This document shows, piece by piece, positions 1-9,769 of a stretch of DNA of 20,403 bases. Within the stretch, counting starts at the first letter, position 1; every line of letters begins with the position of its first letter. A program made the position numbers and the translations under genes. The stretch comes from Lentisphaeria bacterium (GTDB taxonomy: Bacteria > Verrucomicrobiota > Lentisphaeria > JABSQK01 > JAWLHB01): the NCBI GenBank assembly GCA_041690595.1, contig JAWLHB010000037.1:62001-82403 (forward strand), given 5' to 3'. The notes under the pieces are model-generated. The model did no database searches, was not told where the DNA came from, and saw nothing but the letters and a program-made list of their open reading frames with translations.

Positions 1-1
1 G

Positions 2-1699
2 TTCAACGACGCTTACATCACGAGGGATCATGGTTTCGTGCGGATCATGAGCATGGAGAAGATGCCGCGCGAACAGCGACTGCTGGCCAAGGACGCGCCA
101 CGCACCAATATCGCTGTCGAGCTGGTGCGCTTCAGTGAGACGCTGGCCTCGGATATGGCGCCACTTATCGCCCCCTACCTCTCTCCGAAGGCGACCATTA
201 CGCCGGTGCCGCACCTGAATGCGCTGCTGATCGTCGATACCCCGGCGAACGTGGACAAGCTGCAGGAGCTGGTGAGTCGTCTCGACCGCATGGGCGAAAC
301 CACCTGGCCCCAGGACAGTATCGGCGTGCACTACATTTCGCCGACGGTGATCGCGGAAGAACTCAAGCAGGTGCTCCCGATTCTCGGCTTCAGGGTGAGC
401 GTCGGTGAGAAGTCGGACAATCTGAGCATTCGGCTGATGCCGATCGATCGGCTGCAGGCACTGGTGGTGACGGCACCGCATATCGACATCATTCAGGAGA
501 TTCGGCGCTGGGTGCAGGTCCTGGATCGCCAGGATACGGGTGAGGAAGAGCAGATCTATTTCTATGAGGCCAAGCACACCAAGGCGGAGGATCTTGCCGA
601 TGCGGTGAATTTCTTTTTCAATTCGTCGGTGGGGCGCAGTCGTCGCCCGACAGCATCTGGCGGTGACGATGCCGCCACGTCAACCGCTGAGCCGGCGGCA
701 ACCAGCCGTACCGGCGGTGCGGGGAGAGGCACCGAGTCGACCTCGATTCGCGAGAGCGTATTCGAGATTCCCGCGAGTGTGTTTGTCGATGGGAAGCACA
801 ATCGCATGGTCATTCGAACGACCCCGCGCGCCCATGCCACCATGCTGGCGCTGCTGCAGAGCCTGGATACTCCCCCCTTCCAGGTCCTCATCCAGATGTC
901 GATCGCGGAGATTCAGCTCAACGAAGACACGCGCCTCGGCTTCAAGTACAGCGCTCTGTCGAAGATACAGGGCGGGGAGTATGAGTTTCTCAGCCGCTTT
1001 GCATATGGCGACGATCTCAGCGCCACCGCCTCTCCTGGCCTCAATCTGGTGCTCAACAAGGTCTCGGATCCCACCAAGGTCTTCGGCTTCATCGAAGCCG
1101 TCGCGGGCAAGGGCAACACGCGGGTGCTCTTCTCGCCGCAGGTTCTGGCGATCAGCGATGAAGAGGCGATCATCAACGTGGGTGACAAGGTGCCGATCAT
1201 CACCCAGGAAAACAATGCGACGGACTCGACCAATATCACCCGTGAGATCCAGTATCAGGACACCGGTATCATCATGACGGTGACCCCGCACGTCACGGCC
1301 AGCCGCATGGTCACACTCAAGATCAAGCAGGAAGTCTCCGATGCCGTCACCACGACTTCATCCGATATCGATTCACCCACCATCCAGACGCGTATTGTCC
1401 AGACTTCCCTGATCGTCGACGATAACTCGACAATCCTCCTCGGCGGCCTTATCCGCACGCGTGACATCAAGAACGAAACCGGCATTCCCTTTCTCAAGGA
1501 CATTCCCGGCGTCGGCAACCTTTTCGCGCTCAATGTTCGGGAGAATCAGCGGCTGGAACTGCTTATCCTGATGACGGTGAATGTCATCGAGATGGATGCC
1601 GATGTGGAGCGCCTGGCGCGTCGTTACAAGAGTGCCTTGCAGGCGATCAAGGAGCAACTCGGGCCGGCGAATCTCGAGCGGCAGGTGGATGCGCCATGA
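2..1699 (+). CDS. gspD: Type II secretion system secretin (GspD/PulD family), 5'-truncated by window edge
   Basis: Frame is open from the window edge (no stop between 2 and the ORF-track start at 38). Repeated N-domain motifs (LNALLIVDTPANVDKLQELVSRLD; NRMVIRTTPRAHATMLALLQSLDTPPFQVLIQMSIAEI) and secretin C-terminus (EAIINVGDKVPI, QYQDTGIIMTVTPHV, TILLGGLI, GIPFLKDIPGVGNLF). Stop overlaps the gspE start (ATGA). Confidence 0.93.
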   Translation, partial: FNDAYITRDHGFVRIMSMEKMPREQRLLAKDAPRTNIAVELVRFSETLASDMAPLIAPYLSPKATITPVPHLNALLIVDTPANVDKLQELVSRLDRMGETTWPQDSIGVHYISPTVIAEELKQVLPILGFRVSVGEKSDNLSIRLMPIDRLQALVVTAPHIDIIQEIRRWVQVLDRQDTGEEEQIYFYEAKHTKAEDLADAVNFFFNSSVGRSRRPTASGGDDAATSTAEPAATSRTGGAGRGTESTSIRESVFEIPASVFVDGKHNRMVIRTTPRAHATMLALLQSLDTPPFQVLIQMSIAEIQLNEDTRLGFKYSALSKIQGGEYEFLSRFAYGDDLSATASPGLNLVLNKVSDPTKVFGFIEAVAGKGNTRVLFSPQVLAISDEEAIINVGDKVPIITQENNATDSTNITREIQYQDTGIIMTVTPHVTASRMVTLKIKQEVSDAVTTTSSDIDSPTIQTRIVQTSLIVDDNSTILLGGLIRTRDIKNETGIPFLKDIPGVGNLFALNVRENQRLELLILMTVNVIEMDADVERLARRYKSALQAIKEQLGPANLERQVDAP

Positions 1700-3423
1700 T
1701 CGACGGAGCAGAGGAACGCGTGGTGGAATCGACCATGACAGCGAGCGCCAAGAGCAGCTCCGGACGAGAGCCGGATGGCTACATCACCATGGCGAAGCCT
1801 GCCCAGACTTGTGACGTGACGCGGATTGCGGTCGCGGTGGCGGAGCGCTTGGGCCAGTCGCTTGGCGACAAGGATCTGCTGGCGGATTTCGAGCCGGAGG
1901 TGGAGTGGAAGCTGGCCGCGCAGGGACGCCTTTCCGAGACGGACATCCTGCAGGCGTACAGCGCTGCCTCGGGGCTGACGGTGATCGAGGACGAGGATGT
2001 GGAGGGAGCCGAGAAGAACGAGAAGCTCTCCTACGACTATCTGCTCAACTGGCAGTGCCTGCCGCTGCTCTGGGAAGCGGATGAAGTGATCCTGGTGGTG
2101 GCGAGCCCGTACCATGTGCACGAGCTGAGCTATCAGTGGCGCAGCATGTTCGGCATGGCGACGCGCTTTCTGCTCTGTCGGCGCAGCCATCTGGAGCGCA
2201 CCATCACCCATCTGTATGAAGCACGACCGGAAGAGGACGAACTCAGCGGTCTCGGCTTCAACGGTGATGCGTCGGAGGAAGCGTTGAGGGATCTGGCGCA
2301 TGAGGCGCCCATCGTTCGCCTGGTGAGCGATATGTTCAACCGGGCGGTCGAGATGGGGGCGAGCGACATTCACGTCGAGCCGGAAGAGGAAGCGCTGGCG
2401 GTGCGCTTTCGCGTTGACGGCCTTCTGCACACGGTCATGACGCCGCCGGTTTCGTCGTACCCTGCCATCAGTTCCCGCCTGAAGCTCATTGGCGGGCTGA
2501 ACATAGCCGAGCGACGGTTGCCGCAGGATGGTCGTACCGATCTGCGGGTGGGGCGCCACCAGGTGGATATCCGCATCAGCACGGTTCCCTCCATGCATGG
2601 CGAGTCGATCGTGCTTCGCCTTCTGCCCAAAGACATCATCAACTACAATGTGGATACGCTGGGTATGTCGCCGCCCATGCGCGACAATTTCACCAAGTTG
2701 ATCGGTTTTCCCCATGGCATGATCCTGGTGGTGGGGCCGACCGGCAGCGGCAAGACGACGACCCTCTATTGCGCCATGCGCGAGCTGCACTCGGAAGACA
2801 GTAAGATCATCACCATCGAGGACCCGATCGAGTACCAGATCAAGGGGGTGACCCAGATCCAGGTAAAGCCGACGATCGGCCTCACCTTCTCTGGAGGTCT
2901 GCGTCACATTGTGCGCCAGGATCCGGATATCATTCTGGTGGGCGAGATTCGCGACCGGGAAACGGCGGATATTGCCATTCATGCGGCATTGACCGGGCAT
3001 CTGGTGCTGAGCACGCTGCACACCAACGATGCGACCGGTGCGATCAGTCGTCTGCTGGATATGGGGGTGGAGGATTTTCTCCTTTCCTCCGCGTTGATCG
3101 GCGTGCTGTCGCAGCGGCTGGTGCGCCGGGTCTGCGATGGCTGCCAGGGGAAAGGCACGGTCGGCCAGGAAGGGGGTGCCTCCAAAGGCTGCCGCGTCTG
3201 CTCCGGTACGGGCTATCGTGGCCGGGTAGGCATATTCGAGCTATTGATGATGGACGAATCGGTGCGGGCGGGCATCCGCGAAGGTGTCGACAATGCGACG
3301 CTGAACACCATCGCCCGGCGGGCCGGCATGCGGACCCTTCGCGAGGATGGCGAGAGGTTGATCGGCAAGGGGATTACGACCCCCGAGGAAGTGGCGCGGG
3401 TCTGTCAGCTCGACGAGCTTTGA
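1696..3423 (+). CDS. gspE: Type II secretion/type IV pilus assembly ATPase (GspE/PilB family)
   Basis: ASDIHVEP, LNIAERRLPQDGR, Walker A GPTGSGKTT, TIEDPIEY, RQDPDIILVGEIRD, ALTGHLVLSTLHTND, tetracysteine CDGC...CRVC, GYRGRVGIFE. Exact start uncertain (1696, 1735 or later). Confidence 0.95.
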   Translation: MIDGAEERVVESTMTASAKSSSGREPDGYITMAKPAQTCDVTRIAVAVAERLGQSLGDKDLLADFEPEVEWKLAAQGRLSETDILQAYSAASGLTVIEDEDVEGAEKNEKLSYDYLLNWQCLPLLWEADEVILVVASPYHVHELSYQWRSMFGMATRFLLCRRSHLERTITHLYEARPEEDELSGLGFNGDASEEALRDLAHEAPIVRLVSDMFNRAVEMGASDIHVEPEEEALAVRFRVDGLLHTVMTPPVSSYPAISSRLKLIGGLNIAERRLPQDGRTDLRVGRHQVDIRISTVPSMHGESIVLRLLPKDIINYNVDTLGMSPPMRDNFTKLIGFPHGMILVVGPTGSGKTTTLYCAMRELHSEDSKIITIEDPIEYQIKGVTQIQVKPTIGLTFSGGLRHIVRQDPDIILVGEIRDRETADIAIHAALTGHLVLSTLHTNDATGAISRLLDMGVEDFLLSSALIGVLSQRLVRRVCDGCQGKGTVGQEGGASKGCRVCSGTGYRGRVGIFELLMMDESVRAGIREGVDNATLNTIARRAGMRTLREDGERLIGKGITTPEEVARVCQLDEL

Positions 3424-3432
3424 TGCCGTCGA

Positions 3433-6400
3433 TCAGATGGTGATGACGCTTCCTGAGCCGCTGCTCATCTCCTCCGCATCCAGGCTCACTAGGGCGCGGC
3501 TGTCGCGCTCGCGCAGGACGCCGACGCGGCCGCGGAAGACGATGCCGGCAAGGGCGATCGGCACATGGGGATTGGGGCGCAGGAAGATGATGTCGCTGCC
3601 GTCCGCATGCTGAATGTGGAGCGTCTCCTCGCGGGCCATGTAGGTGACGAGCGGAGCCATTTCCGAGGCCGGCCTCGGGAAAAGGACGGTGACGAAGGTG
3701 GCGCCGGGGGTGGAGGGTACGTGGAGGAGCCAGTGCTCGCGCAGGTCATACTTCACCCAGCGCTCCGGCAAGGCTGCCAGCCCCTCAGGTGTCAGCAGAT
3801 CCTTGCTGATCGGGCCCGCCTCGATCCGGGCATCGGCGGCAAAGGGTTCCGCGACGATGACGTCCAACCCCATATCGAGTTCGGGATGGCCTGGGAACCA
3901 GATCCTGCCGGGTTCCGTCTCGCACGGTTCGGCGGAGAGGACATCGATGTTCCACTGGGTTGCATCCGGGCCGGTACAGGTATCCTTGACCACCAGATAC
4001 TCGACGCCGCCCGCCTGGGGAGCCTTCACCATGACGATCTCGCGCACGAAGCCGCTGCGGTGCAGCTCGTCCAGATACATGGCGTCACACGCATAGGCGC
4101 GTGGTCTGGCCGCGACGCGGACATAATCCGCGACGGGATCGGTGACGAAGTGTTCCAGCCAGGCCGTCGGTTGACCACGCCGGGCGAAGCTGACGACATT
4201 GTGCTCCTCGACCGTCGCGCCGTTGCAGAGACGCAGGCCATCGAGCACGAGCGGGACGCCGCGACCATAGTAGTGAAACGAGCCTTCATCCTCGTCGTGA
4301 TGCGAGTGAACGCGTCCAGCTTTGAGGATCAGGAAACTGCTGTGGGGGGTGCCGTCGTGGCTGCGGAAGAGCGCACCGACATGAGGCAGCGCCATGCTGG
4401 TGAGCCGTGGTGCGCGGGGCTCGATCGAATCGTCATGGAAGATGTAATGGCGCGTGAGCGGATTCGAAGTCGGCCCGGAATGGTCATAGAGGTTGCCGAC
4501 GGTTGAGCCGGTGATCTTCCAGCCCCACATCAGTTCGGCCGCGAGTTGCGGATCGGCATCGCGGACGAAGGCGGCCAGTTGGGACATGATCGGGAAGCTC
4601 TTGCGGGCGTTGGGATGGTGCCCGATGGGGGGCGTCATGCGCAGGCCGTTTTCCCGGGGATCCGGTGGGGTGAGGACATGGAGGAGGAAGCGGGCGCCGG
4701 CATGGATGCGGGCGTCGCCGGAGTAATCGCGGATGCCGCCCTTGCGCAAGGCCCAGAGAATCGGCATGTAGAGCATGATCCAGGTGGAAACGAGGTAGGA
4801 GCCGAGATTCTCTTCGCCGGTGCCGTCAGCTCTCAGATAACGATCCAGCTCGATCTCCAGTCGCCGCACACAGGCTTGCACCCAGACGTCGGCGCTGGGA
4901 TGGTCGGCAAGAAGGAGGCCGATGAGGCCCGCGCAGGTGTAGACGTCGCAGTTGAAGTTGGGGAGGTAGGTGGTCTCTCCGTCGCGGAATGCATACTGCC
5001 ACCAGTCGCCATCGGTCATGATATAGGCCGCAAGGGAGCAAACGCGCCTGGCTTCGATCTGTTCTTCCAGGGTGAAGCTTTCCCAAAGGAGGTCGCAGGC
5101 CATGGCGTAGCGTCGCAGGGGGCGCGCCAGGCCGATCGCGTAGTGGGGGCCGAGATAGCCGCGTTCGAGGGTGCTGGCTATCAGTTCTCCCGCCTTGGTG
5201 ATCTGCTCAACCTCGCTCAAGCGTCCGCCTTCACCGGCCACGATGTAACGATCGGCCGGCCGCAGGTGGCGAGTCGTCTCCCACAGGTGCTTGAACTCGG
5301 GAACCCGCTCGATCCGAGCCCGTATGTCGCCAAACTCCTCGCGGCCGCAGAAGACGCGCGGATGAGCCAGATCCGATTCCGGCCATGCCGTGACCCAGTT
5401 CTTTACCTTCTCCAGGGAGAGGTCGCCCAGGCGCGTGCGCAAGGCCCAGGGCGGATACCGCGGATCGGCTTCGAGGCGCAAGGGTCTGCCGCTTTCCGCG
5501 TCCGGATGCGGGGCACGGTGGGTGATCGCGAGGAGCCAGCGGCGCGACATGTTCTCGATCGGCAGCCGCAGCCAGCTTCCTTCGGCGGCGCTGTCCAACA
5601 GGACGACCTCCGCGTTGGCGCCGGGTGTGCGATGGACGGGATGGACCGTATCGTCCGGCATCTTCCAGTGCGCGAGGTCGATGGAGGCGACACCGAGGCA
5701 ATAGGGCTGGCTGCTGTCGTAGACGTTCATCCAGCCGGCATCGATCCCGGGATAGGCGGCGCGCATGGCGGTATGCGTCTTCAACACGGGAGACATGAGG
5801 GGCAGATCCATGATCTCCCAGGCCGCGGTGGAGTGCGTTTGCAGGCGATCGGGCGCCCACCCCTGTCGCAGATCGAAGACGAAGTTGCTGGACGGAAAGG
5901 GGCGTATGCACGGTACGCCGACGCTCTCGATCGGGCGATCCCAGTGGGACTTGCCCAGCGTACCGATTTCCTTGTAGGGACGCGGCGCGGGCCACAGGTG
6001 TACAGGAAGGCTGCTTTCCTCTTCGACGAGAATGTGGCTATCTTCCGGCCGAAGTTCGATGCGGGTGCGATAGACGGCGCCGCCGGGAAAGGTGTACTCA
6101 ACGATGGCAGCCGTCCACAGCGGCCCCTGCTCCGCGATGCGGGTGTGCAGGGATTCCGGGGTGGTGGATGTCTCGAGTCGCCCGGCGCCGATCCATGGCT
6201 GATCCGTGCGCCGTATGGCCAGGATGGGACCCGGGACGACCCGCCCCGCCAGCGAGAGTGGCAGTTTGACGGCGATATGGCCATTGTCCATGACGAGCGT
6301 GTCGTGGCTGTCCTCGACATGAATGGACGTCGCGGCCGCCGGTACACCTGGCGCTTTCTGAAGGTGATAGCAGCGGCACTCGCCGGGAGCGAGATCGAGC

Positions 6401-6630
6401 ACGTGCAGGTAAAGGCGACCGTCACGCAGCTGGATAGTGACCGGTTCCCCGTCGAGAGTAACCTGGAGCGGGCCCTGCTTGCATGCCTCGGGCAGCGGCC
6501 AGGAGACGATTTCGCTGGCCCAGTGTTTGCCGAGCGACTCCCGCAGCTGCAGGTGGTACGTGCCGTCAGACTGTTGGGTGAAGCTTGTGGGCGGAGTCCA
6601 CCGATCGTTCGAGCCCTGGTCGTGCAGCAT
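3433..6630 (-). CDS. Large hypothetical protein, probable heparinase II/III-like polysaccharide/oligosaccharide lyase-related enzyme
   Basis: 1065-aa ORF with AGGA RBS upstream. Central Trp/Tyr-rich helical region (PNFNCDVY, DGTGEENLGSY) followed by HSHHDEDEGSFHYYGRGVPLVLDG and EHNVVSF, resembling the H-x-H-x-D-x-GSF motif of heparinase II/III-like beta-domains. No evident signal peptide. Function is inference. Confidence 0.7.
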   Translation of the reverse strand: MLHDQGSNDRWTPPTSFTQQSDGTYHLQLRESLGKHWASEIVSWPLPEACKQGPLQVTLDGEPVTIQLRDGRLYLHVLDLAPGECRCYHLQKAPGVPAAATSIHVEDSHDTLVMDNGHIAVKLPLSLAGRVVPGPILAIRRTDQPWIGAGRLETSTTPESLHTRIAEQGPLWTAAIVEYTFPGGAVYRTRIELRPEDSHILVEEESSLPVHLWPAPRPYKEIGTLGKSHWDRPIESVGVPCIRPFPSSNFVFDLRQGWAPDRLQTHSTAAWEIMDLPLMSPVLKTHTAMRAAYPGIDAGWMNVYDSSQPYCLGVASIDLAHWKMPDDTVHPVHRTPGANAEVVLLDSAAEGSWLRLPIENMSRRWLLAITHRAPHPDAESGRPLRLEADPRYPPWALRTRLGDLSLEKVKNWVTAWPESDLAHPRVFCGREEFGDIRARIERVPEFKHLWETTRHLRPADRYIVAGEGGRLSEVEQITKAGELIASTLERGYLGPHYAIGLARPLRRYAMACDLLWESFTLEEQIEARRVCSLAAYIMTDGDWWQYAFRDGETTYLPNFNCDVYTCAGLIGLLLADHPSADVWVQACVRRLEIELDRYLRADGTGEENLGSYLVSTWIMLYMPILWALRKGGIRDYSGDARIHAGARFLLHVLTPPDPRENGLRMTPPIGHHPNARKSFPIMSQLAAFVRDADPQLAAELMWGWKITGSTVGNLYDHSGPTSNPLTRHYIFHDDSIEPRAPRLTSMALPHVGALFRSHDGTPHSSFLILKAGRVHSHHDEDEGSFHYYGRGVPLVLDGLRLCNGATVEEHNVVSFARRGQPTAWLEHFVTDPVADYVRVAARPRAYACDAMYLDELHRSGFVREIVMVKAPQAGGVEYLVVKDTCTGPDATQWNIDVLSAEPCETEPGRIWFPGHPELDMGLDVIVAEPFAADARIEAGPISKDLLTPEGLAALPERWVKYDLREHWLLHVPSTPGATFVTVLFPRPASEMAPLVTYMAREETLHIQHADGSDIIFLRPNPHVPIALAGIVFRGRVGVLRERDSRALVSLDAEEMSSGSGSVITI

Positions 6631-6644
6631 GGGGAGATTCCTGG

Positions 6645-7667
6645 TCAGTGATGGATGTCGATAACGCGACCCGTGGCGAGGGAGCGATCAATGGCGACCA
6701 TCTGCCGATGAATGGCGATGGCGTCATCGATGTCACACGCGTTTGGTGCGCCATCAAGGACTGTGGCGACAAAAGCGGCCAGTTGTTCACGAAAGCCGAG
6801 ATGCCCTCGGGAGGTCATGGTGCCGTCGAAGGAGATGGTACCGTGGCGGAGACCATTGTCGAGCCGGAGTTCATAAGAGCCGGCTCCTTCGGGAAGCCAG
6901 GGATTGCCGACGATCCGGCCGCGCGTGCCGATAAGGCCGAAGGAGGCGTCGTCGCGCACCCCATGGCGACCGCCAAAATTGAAGGTGCAGCGAACGCCGT
7001 TGGCATATTCGATGGCAATGGCGGCGCTTTCGGGGAGTTCATCGGCGCAGGGGCCGATCTTGCCCAGCTCATGGCCAAGGGCGACGATGCGGTGCACGGG
7101 CGCGCCGGCCCATTGCTGGCAGAGGTCGAGGTAGTGCACGGCGCAGTCGAAGAGCTTTCCGCCCATGCTGGTGCGCATGGCGCGCCAGTTGCCGGGATCG
7201 GCGTGCTGCATGCTGTGCTGGTTGTACCAGATGTTCGTCAGTTGTCCGAGATCGCCGCGGGCGATGTGTTCGAGGACGGCCTTGTGCAGCGGGCTGGAGC
7301 GGACTTCATAACCGACCTGAAAGACGCGGTTGGCGGCGCACACCGCCTCGCGGATGGCCTGGGCTTCCTCATCCTTCAGGCACAGTGGCTTTTCCTGGAG
7401 CACATGGAGGCCCGCTTCGAGGCAGGCGACGGAGGTTTCCCGGTGCAACGGCGTTGGGAGGGCCAGGATGGCGGCGTCGGCGACGTTGGCCGCCAGCATC
7501 GCCTGCACGCTGGCGAAGGCAGGAACCTTGTGCGTCCTGGCGAGAGCATCACGAGGCTCCGCGTTGATGTCGATCAACGCGGCAAGCTCAGTCCGCGGAT
7601 GGTCGGCAATGACATTGAGATAGCTTGCGCCGTGACCGAGACCCGCAACCGCTAATCGAAGTGGCAT
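6645..7667 (-). CDS. Gfo/Idh/MocA family NAD(P)-dependent oxidoreductase
   Basis: Start re-assigned to ATG at 7667 (MPLRLAVAGLGHG Rossmann motif); ALPTPLH, GLHVLQEKPL, QVGYEVR, GGKLFDCAVHYLD family motifs. Confidence 0.92.
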   Translation of the reverse strand: MPLRLAVAGLGHGASYLNVIADHPRTELAALIDINAEPRDALARTHKVPAFASVQAMLAANVADAAILALPTPLHRETSVACLEAGLHVLQEKPLCLKDEEAQAIREAVCAANRVFQVGYEVRSSPLHKAVLEHIARGDLGQLTNIWYNQHSMQHADPGNWRAMRTSMGGKLFDCAVHYLDLCQQWAGAPVHRIVALGHELGKIGPCADELPESAAIAIEYANGVRCTFNFGGRHGVRDDASFGLIGTRGRIVGNPWLPEGAGSYELRLDNGLRHGTISFDGTMTSRGHLGFREQLAAFVATVLDGAPNACDIDDAIAIHRQMVAIDRSLATGRVIDIHH

Positions 7668-7711
7668 GTTTACAGTCCATTGAGGCGTTTCTCCCTGGCG
7701 TTGGCCTTCGT

Positions 7712-8023
7712 CTAGCCCAGGCTGCGCAGCAGCTTGGCGAAGGGATCGTCGGGATTGTCCAACTCTGCTTCCAGCCTGGCGATCATCGGCATCAGGATGG
7801 AACGCATCCTGGCGGTCGTCGCCTCGTTCATCCACTCGCCGTCAATGCGGATGGATGGACACAGCTCACCGTCGTTCACCTGACAGCGGGCGAAGCAATG
7901 CTGGGTGGTGACGTGCAGGCAGCCGGGATGCTCGCGATCGAGCTTCCGCGCGAGGTGCAGCAGCTCACGCGAATTCGTGCGGCCGCAGATCTGCCCCGTA
8001 CAGATCGTAATGTTGACCGCCAT
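7712..8023 (-). CDS. Thioredoxin-like [2Fe-2S] ferredoxin domain protein (NuoE/Trx-Fd-like)
   Basis: ITICTGQIC...CFARC...PSIRIDGEW: C-x4-C and C-x3-C cysteine pattern; GGGGA RBS-like sequence upstream; co-oriented between the SDR and the oxidoreductase. Confidence 0.78.
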   Translation of the reverse strand: MAVNITICTGQICGRTNSRELLHLARKLDREHPGCLHVTTQHCFARCQVNDGELCPSIRIDGEWMNEATTARMRSILMPMIARLEAELDNPDDPFAKLLRSLG

Positions 8024-8041
8024 GGCCGAGTCCCCCGCTGC

Positions 8042-8743
8042 TTATGGTGCCGCCCGCCGCAAGGGTCGTATTTCGAGGCGACTGATGCAGGTGCCGGGCG
8101 ATGTATCGAGTATGTCGTGGCAGGCTTCGCCGACTTCCATCGGCTGCACCTTCCAGCTCGCATCTTCCCCCTCCGCATGCCGGTGCGAACGGGAGTCCAC
8201 GGAGCCTGGAAAAATCACTGTAACCTTTATACCCAGTTCCCGCAACTCCTGGAAAATAGATTCCGAGAATCCGCTGACGGCATACTTCGAGGCCGCGTAG
8301 CCGCTGCCACCCGGCAGGGGCATGCGTCCGGATATCGAGGAGATGTTGACGATGTGGCCGCGGTCGCTCCGGCGCAGGTAGGGAAGCGCGGCACGGATCA
8401 TGTAAAAGACCCCGTTGATATTGGTTTCCATCATGGCCTGCCATTCGGCGATCTCGATGGTGAGAACATCCTTACGGACAATGAGGCCTGCGTTGTTGAT
8501 GATGGCGTCAATGCCGTCGAGGTCGGCGGCGAGGTTCTCGACGGCGCGTTGCGTCGACTCCCACGAGCGCAGATCCGCGGTGGCGACGGCGCAACGGCAG
8601 CCGCCGCTCCGCAGCTCCCGCTGAAGCTGGAGCAGCAGCTCTTCCGAACGGGCGGTCAGCCCCAATGTGTACCCGTGAGCGGCGAGAGCTTGCGCGATGC
8701 CCCGGCCGATTCCTTTACTCGCACCTGTAACGATCACCTTCAT
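8042..8743 (-). CDS. Short-chain dehydrogenase/reductase (SDR)
   Basis: TGASKGIG, INNAG, IVNISS, YAASK catalytic motif; AAGGAGG RBS upstream of the start. Confidence 0.95.
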   Translation of the reverse strand: MKVIVTGASKGIGRGIAQALAAHGYTLGLTARSEELLLQLQRELRSGGCRCAVATADLRSWESTQRAVENLAADLDGIDAIINNAGLIVRKDVLTIEIAEWQAMMETNINGVFYMIRAALPYLRRSDRGHIVNISSISGRMPLPGGSGYAASKYAVSGFSESIFQELRELGIKVTVIFPGSVDSRSHRHAEGEDASWKVQPMEVGEACHDILDTSPGTCISRLEIRPLRRAAP

Positions 8744-8850
8744 GGGAAAATCCTCCTTTGTACAAGGTTACCATAGCGCGGTGCCGCTTCAGGTGCAGCC
8801 GATCACGGATGAGCCCCGAAAAATAAAACAAGAATTATTCTAAACATGGT

Positions 8851-8878
8851 TTGCAATAGATCTTAGACTGGCTATTGT
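8851..8878 (+). promoter_or_regulatory. Putative sigma70-type promoter for the prepilin-fbpABC operon
   Basis: TTGCAA (8851-8856), 16-bp spacer, TATTGT (8873-8878), preceded by an A/T-rich UP-like tract (8819-8845) in an otherwise GC-rich genome. Confidence 0.5.
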
Positions 8879-8895
8879 GTGCCTCACCATACCGA

Positions 8896-8915
8896 ATGAT
8901 TGGCATGTCAATCAT
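8896..8915. promoter_or_regulatory. 20-bp near-perfect palindrome, putative repressor operator
   Basis: ATGATTGGCATGTCAATCAT: one mismatched pair against its reverse complement, flanked by CCG/CGG; lies between the putative -10 and the prepilin start codon. Confidence 0.6.
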
Positions 8916-8957
8916 CGGAATCAAGGGCGAAACAAAAAGGATGAGGGAGAGTCGAGG

Positions 8958-9755
8958 ATGAAGAAGTCGCGGGTGCAGGTATTCACACTGATAGAGCTTC
9001 TGGTGGTTGTGGCGATCATCAGCATTCTGGCTTCGATGTTGTTGCCGGTGCTGAGCAAGGCGCGGGCGAAGGCGCAGAGTAAGCAGTGCATGAACAACCA
9101 GAAGCAGTTGGGACTGGGGTTCGCGATGTACATAGGCGACAATGACGGCTACTATCCAAGTGCGCGTTGGAAGAGCGGGCTGCAGGTACGTTGGCAGAAC
9201 ATGCTGAGCGAGCACATCGGCGGCTCTGTCGAGAACGTGGCGGCGGAGAGTCATGTCGGTACAGGGAATCGCATCACGAACAAGATCCTGATGTGCCCGA
9301 GCATCTCGGCTTCGCGCAACCAGCTGTCGAGCGGCGACCGTGGCCTCTACCTGCGCAGTGGCGCCTACGGCCTGAACTGGGCGACTTTCGGTCCTTTCAC
9401 TGGCGATGCGACCCTGGCGCGGCAGTATCCGGTGCGCGACAACGTCATCCAGTATTCCAGCGAGACTATTCTCGCGGCGGATGCTTTCGGCGATGCGGCT
9501 AAGACCGAGAACGTACATGCCTACACGCTCGATGGCCCGACGCAGCTCAATACCCGCTGGGGAACCAATTCCAGCCAGTGCCCAGCGGATCCGCGCCACC
9601 TGGGCCGCTTCAACGCGCTCTTTGCGGATGGCCACTCCAGTGAGCTGACCATGAGCGCTGCCGGCTACGATGCGCAGTTCGCGGAAGATGTCGGCGGTAC
9701 TGGGAATCCCGCGCTTTGGAACGGCATGAACGATCCAGCGATGAGCAGCTTCTAA
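8958..9755 (+). CDS. Prepilin-type N-terminal cleavage/methylation protein with C-terminal H-X9-DG motif (DUF1559/SBP_bac_10-like)
   Basis: Start re-assigned to ATG 8958: [61 protein letters not shown], and [14 protein letters not shown] (H + 9 residues + DG). Confidence 0.93.
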   Translation: MKKSRVQVFTLIELLVVVAIISILASMLLPVLSKARAKAQSKQCMNNQKQLGLGFAMYIGDNDGYYPSARWKSGLQVRWQNMLSEHIGGSVENVAAESHVGTGNRITNKILMCPSISASRNQLSSGDRGLYLRSGAYGLNWATFGPFTGDATLARQYPVRDNVIQYSSETILAADAFGDAAKTENVHAYTLDGPTQLNTRWGTNSSQCPADPRHLGRFNALFADGHSSELTMSAAGYDAQFAEDVGGTGNPALWNGMNDPAMSSF

Positions 9756-9769
9756 GGGAGGGCGACGGC

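Noticed and set aside
4546..6651. 701-aa plus-strand ORF and other long antisense ORFs (e.g. 1624-3021, 3565-4506, 6585-7655, 11456-13057, 12952-14208, 16757-18253)
   Set aside because: Shadow ORFs opposite well-supported genes in GC-rich DNA; no recognisable motifs.
7668..7835. N-terminal extensions given by the ORF track (e.g. oxidoreductase from 7835, prepilin from 8877, FbpA from 10306, GxxExxY from 15138)
   Set aside because: They overlap neighbouring genes or regulatory DNA, or precede the family-typical N-terminus; downstream ATG starts fit better.
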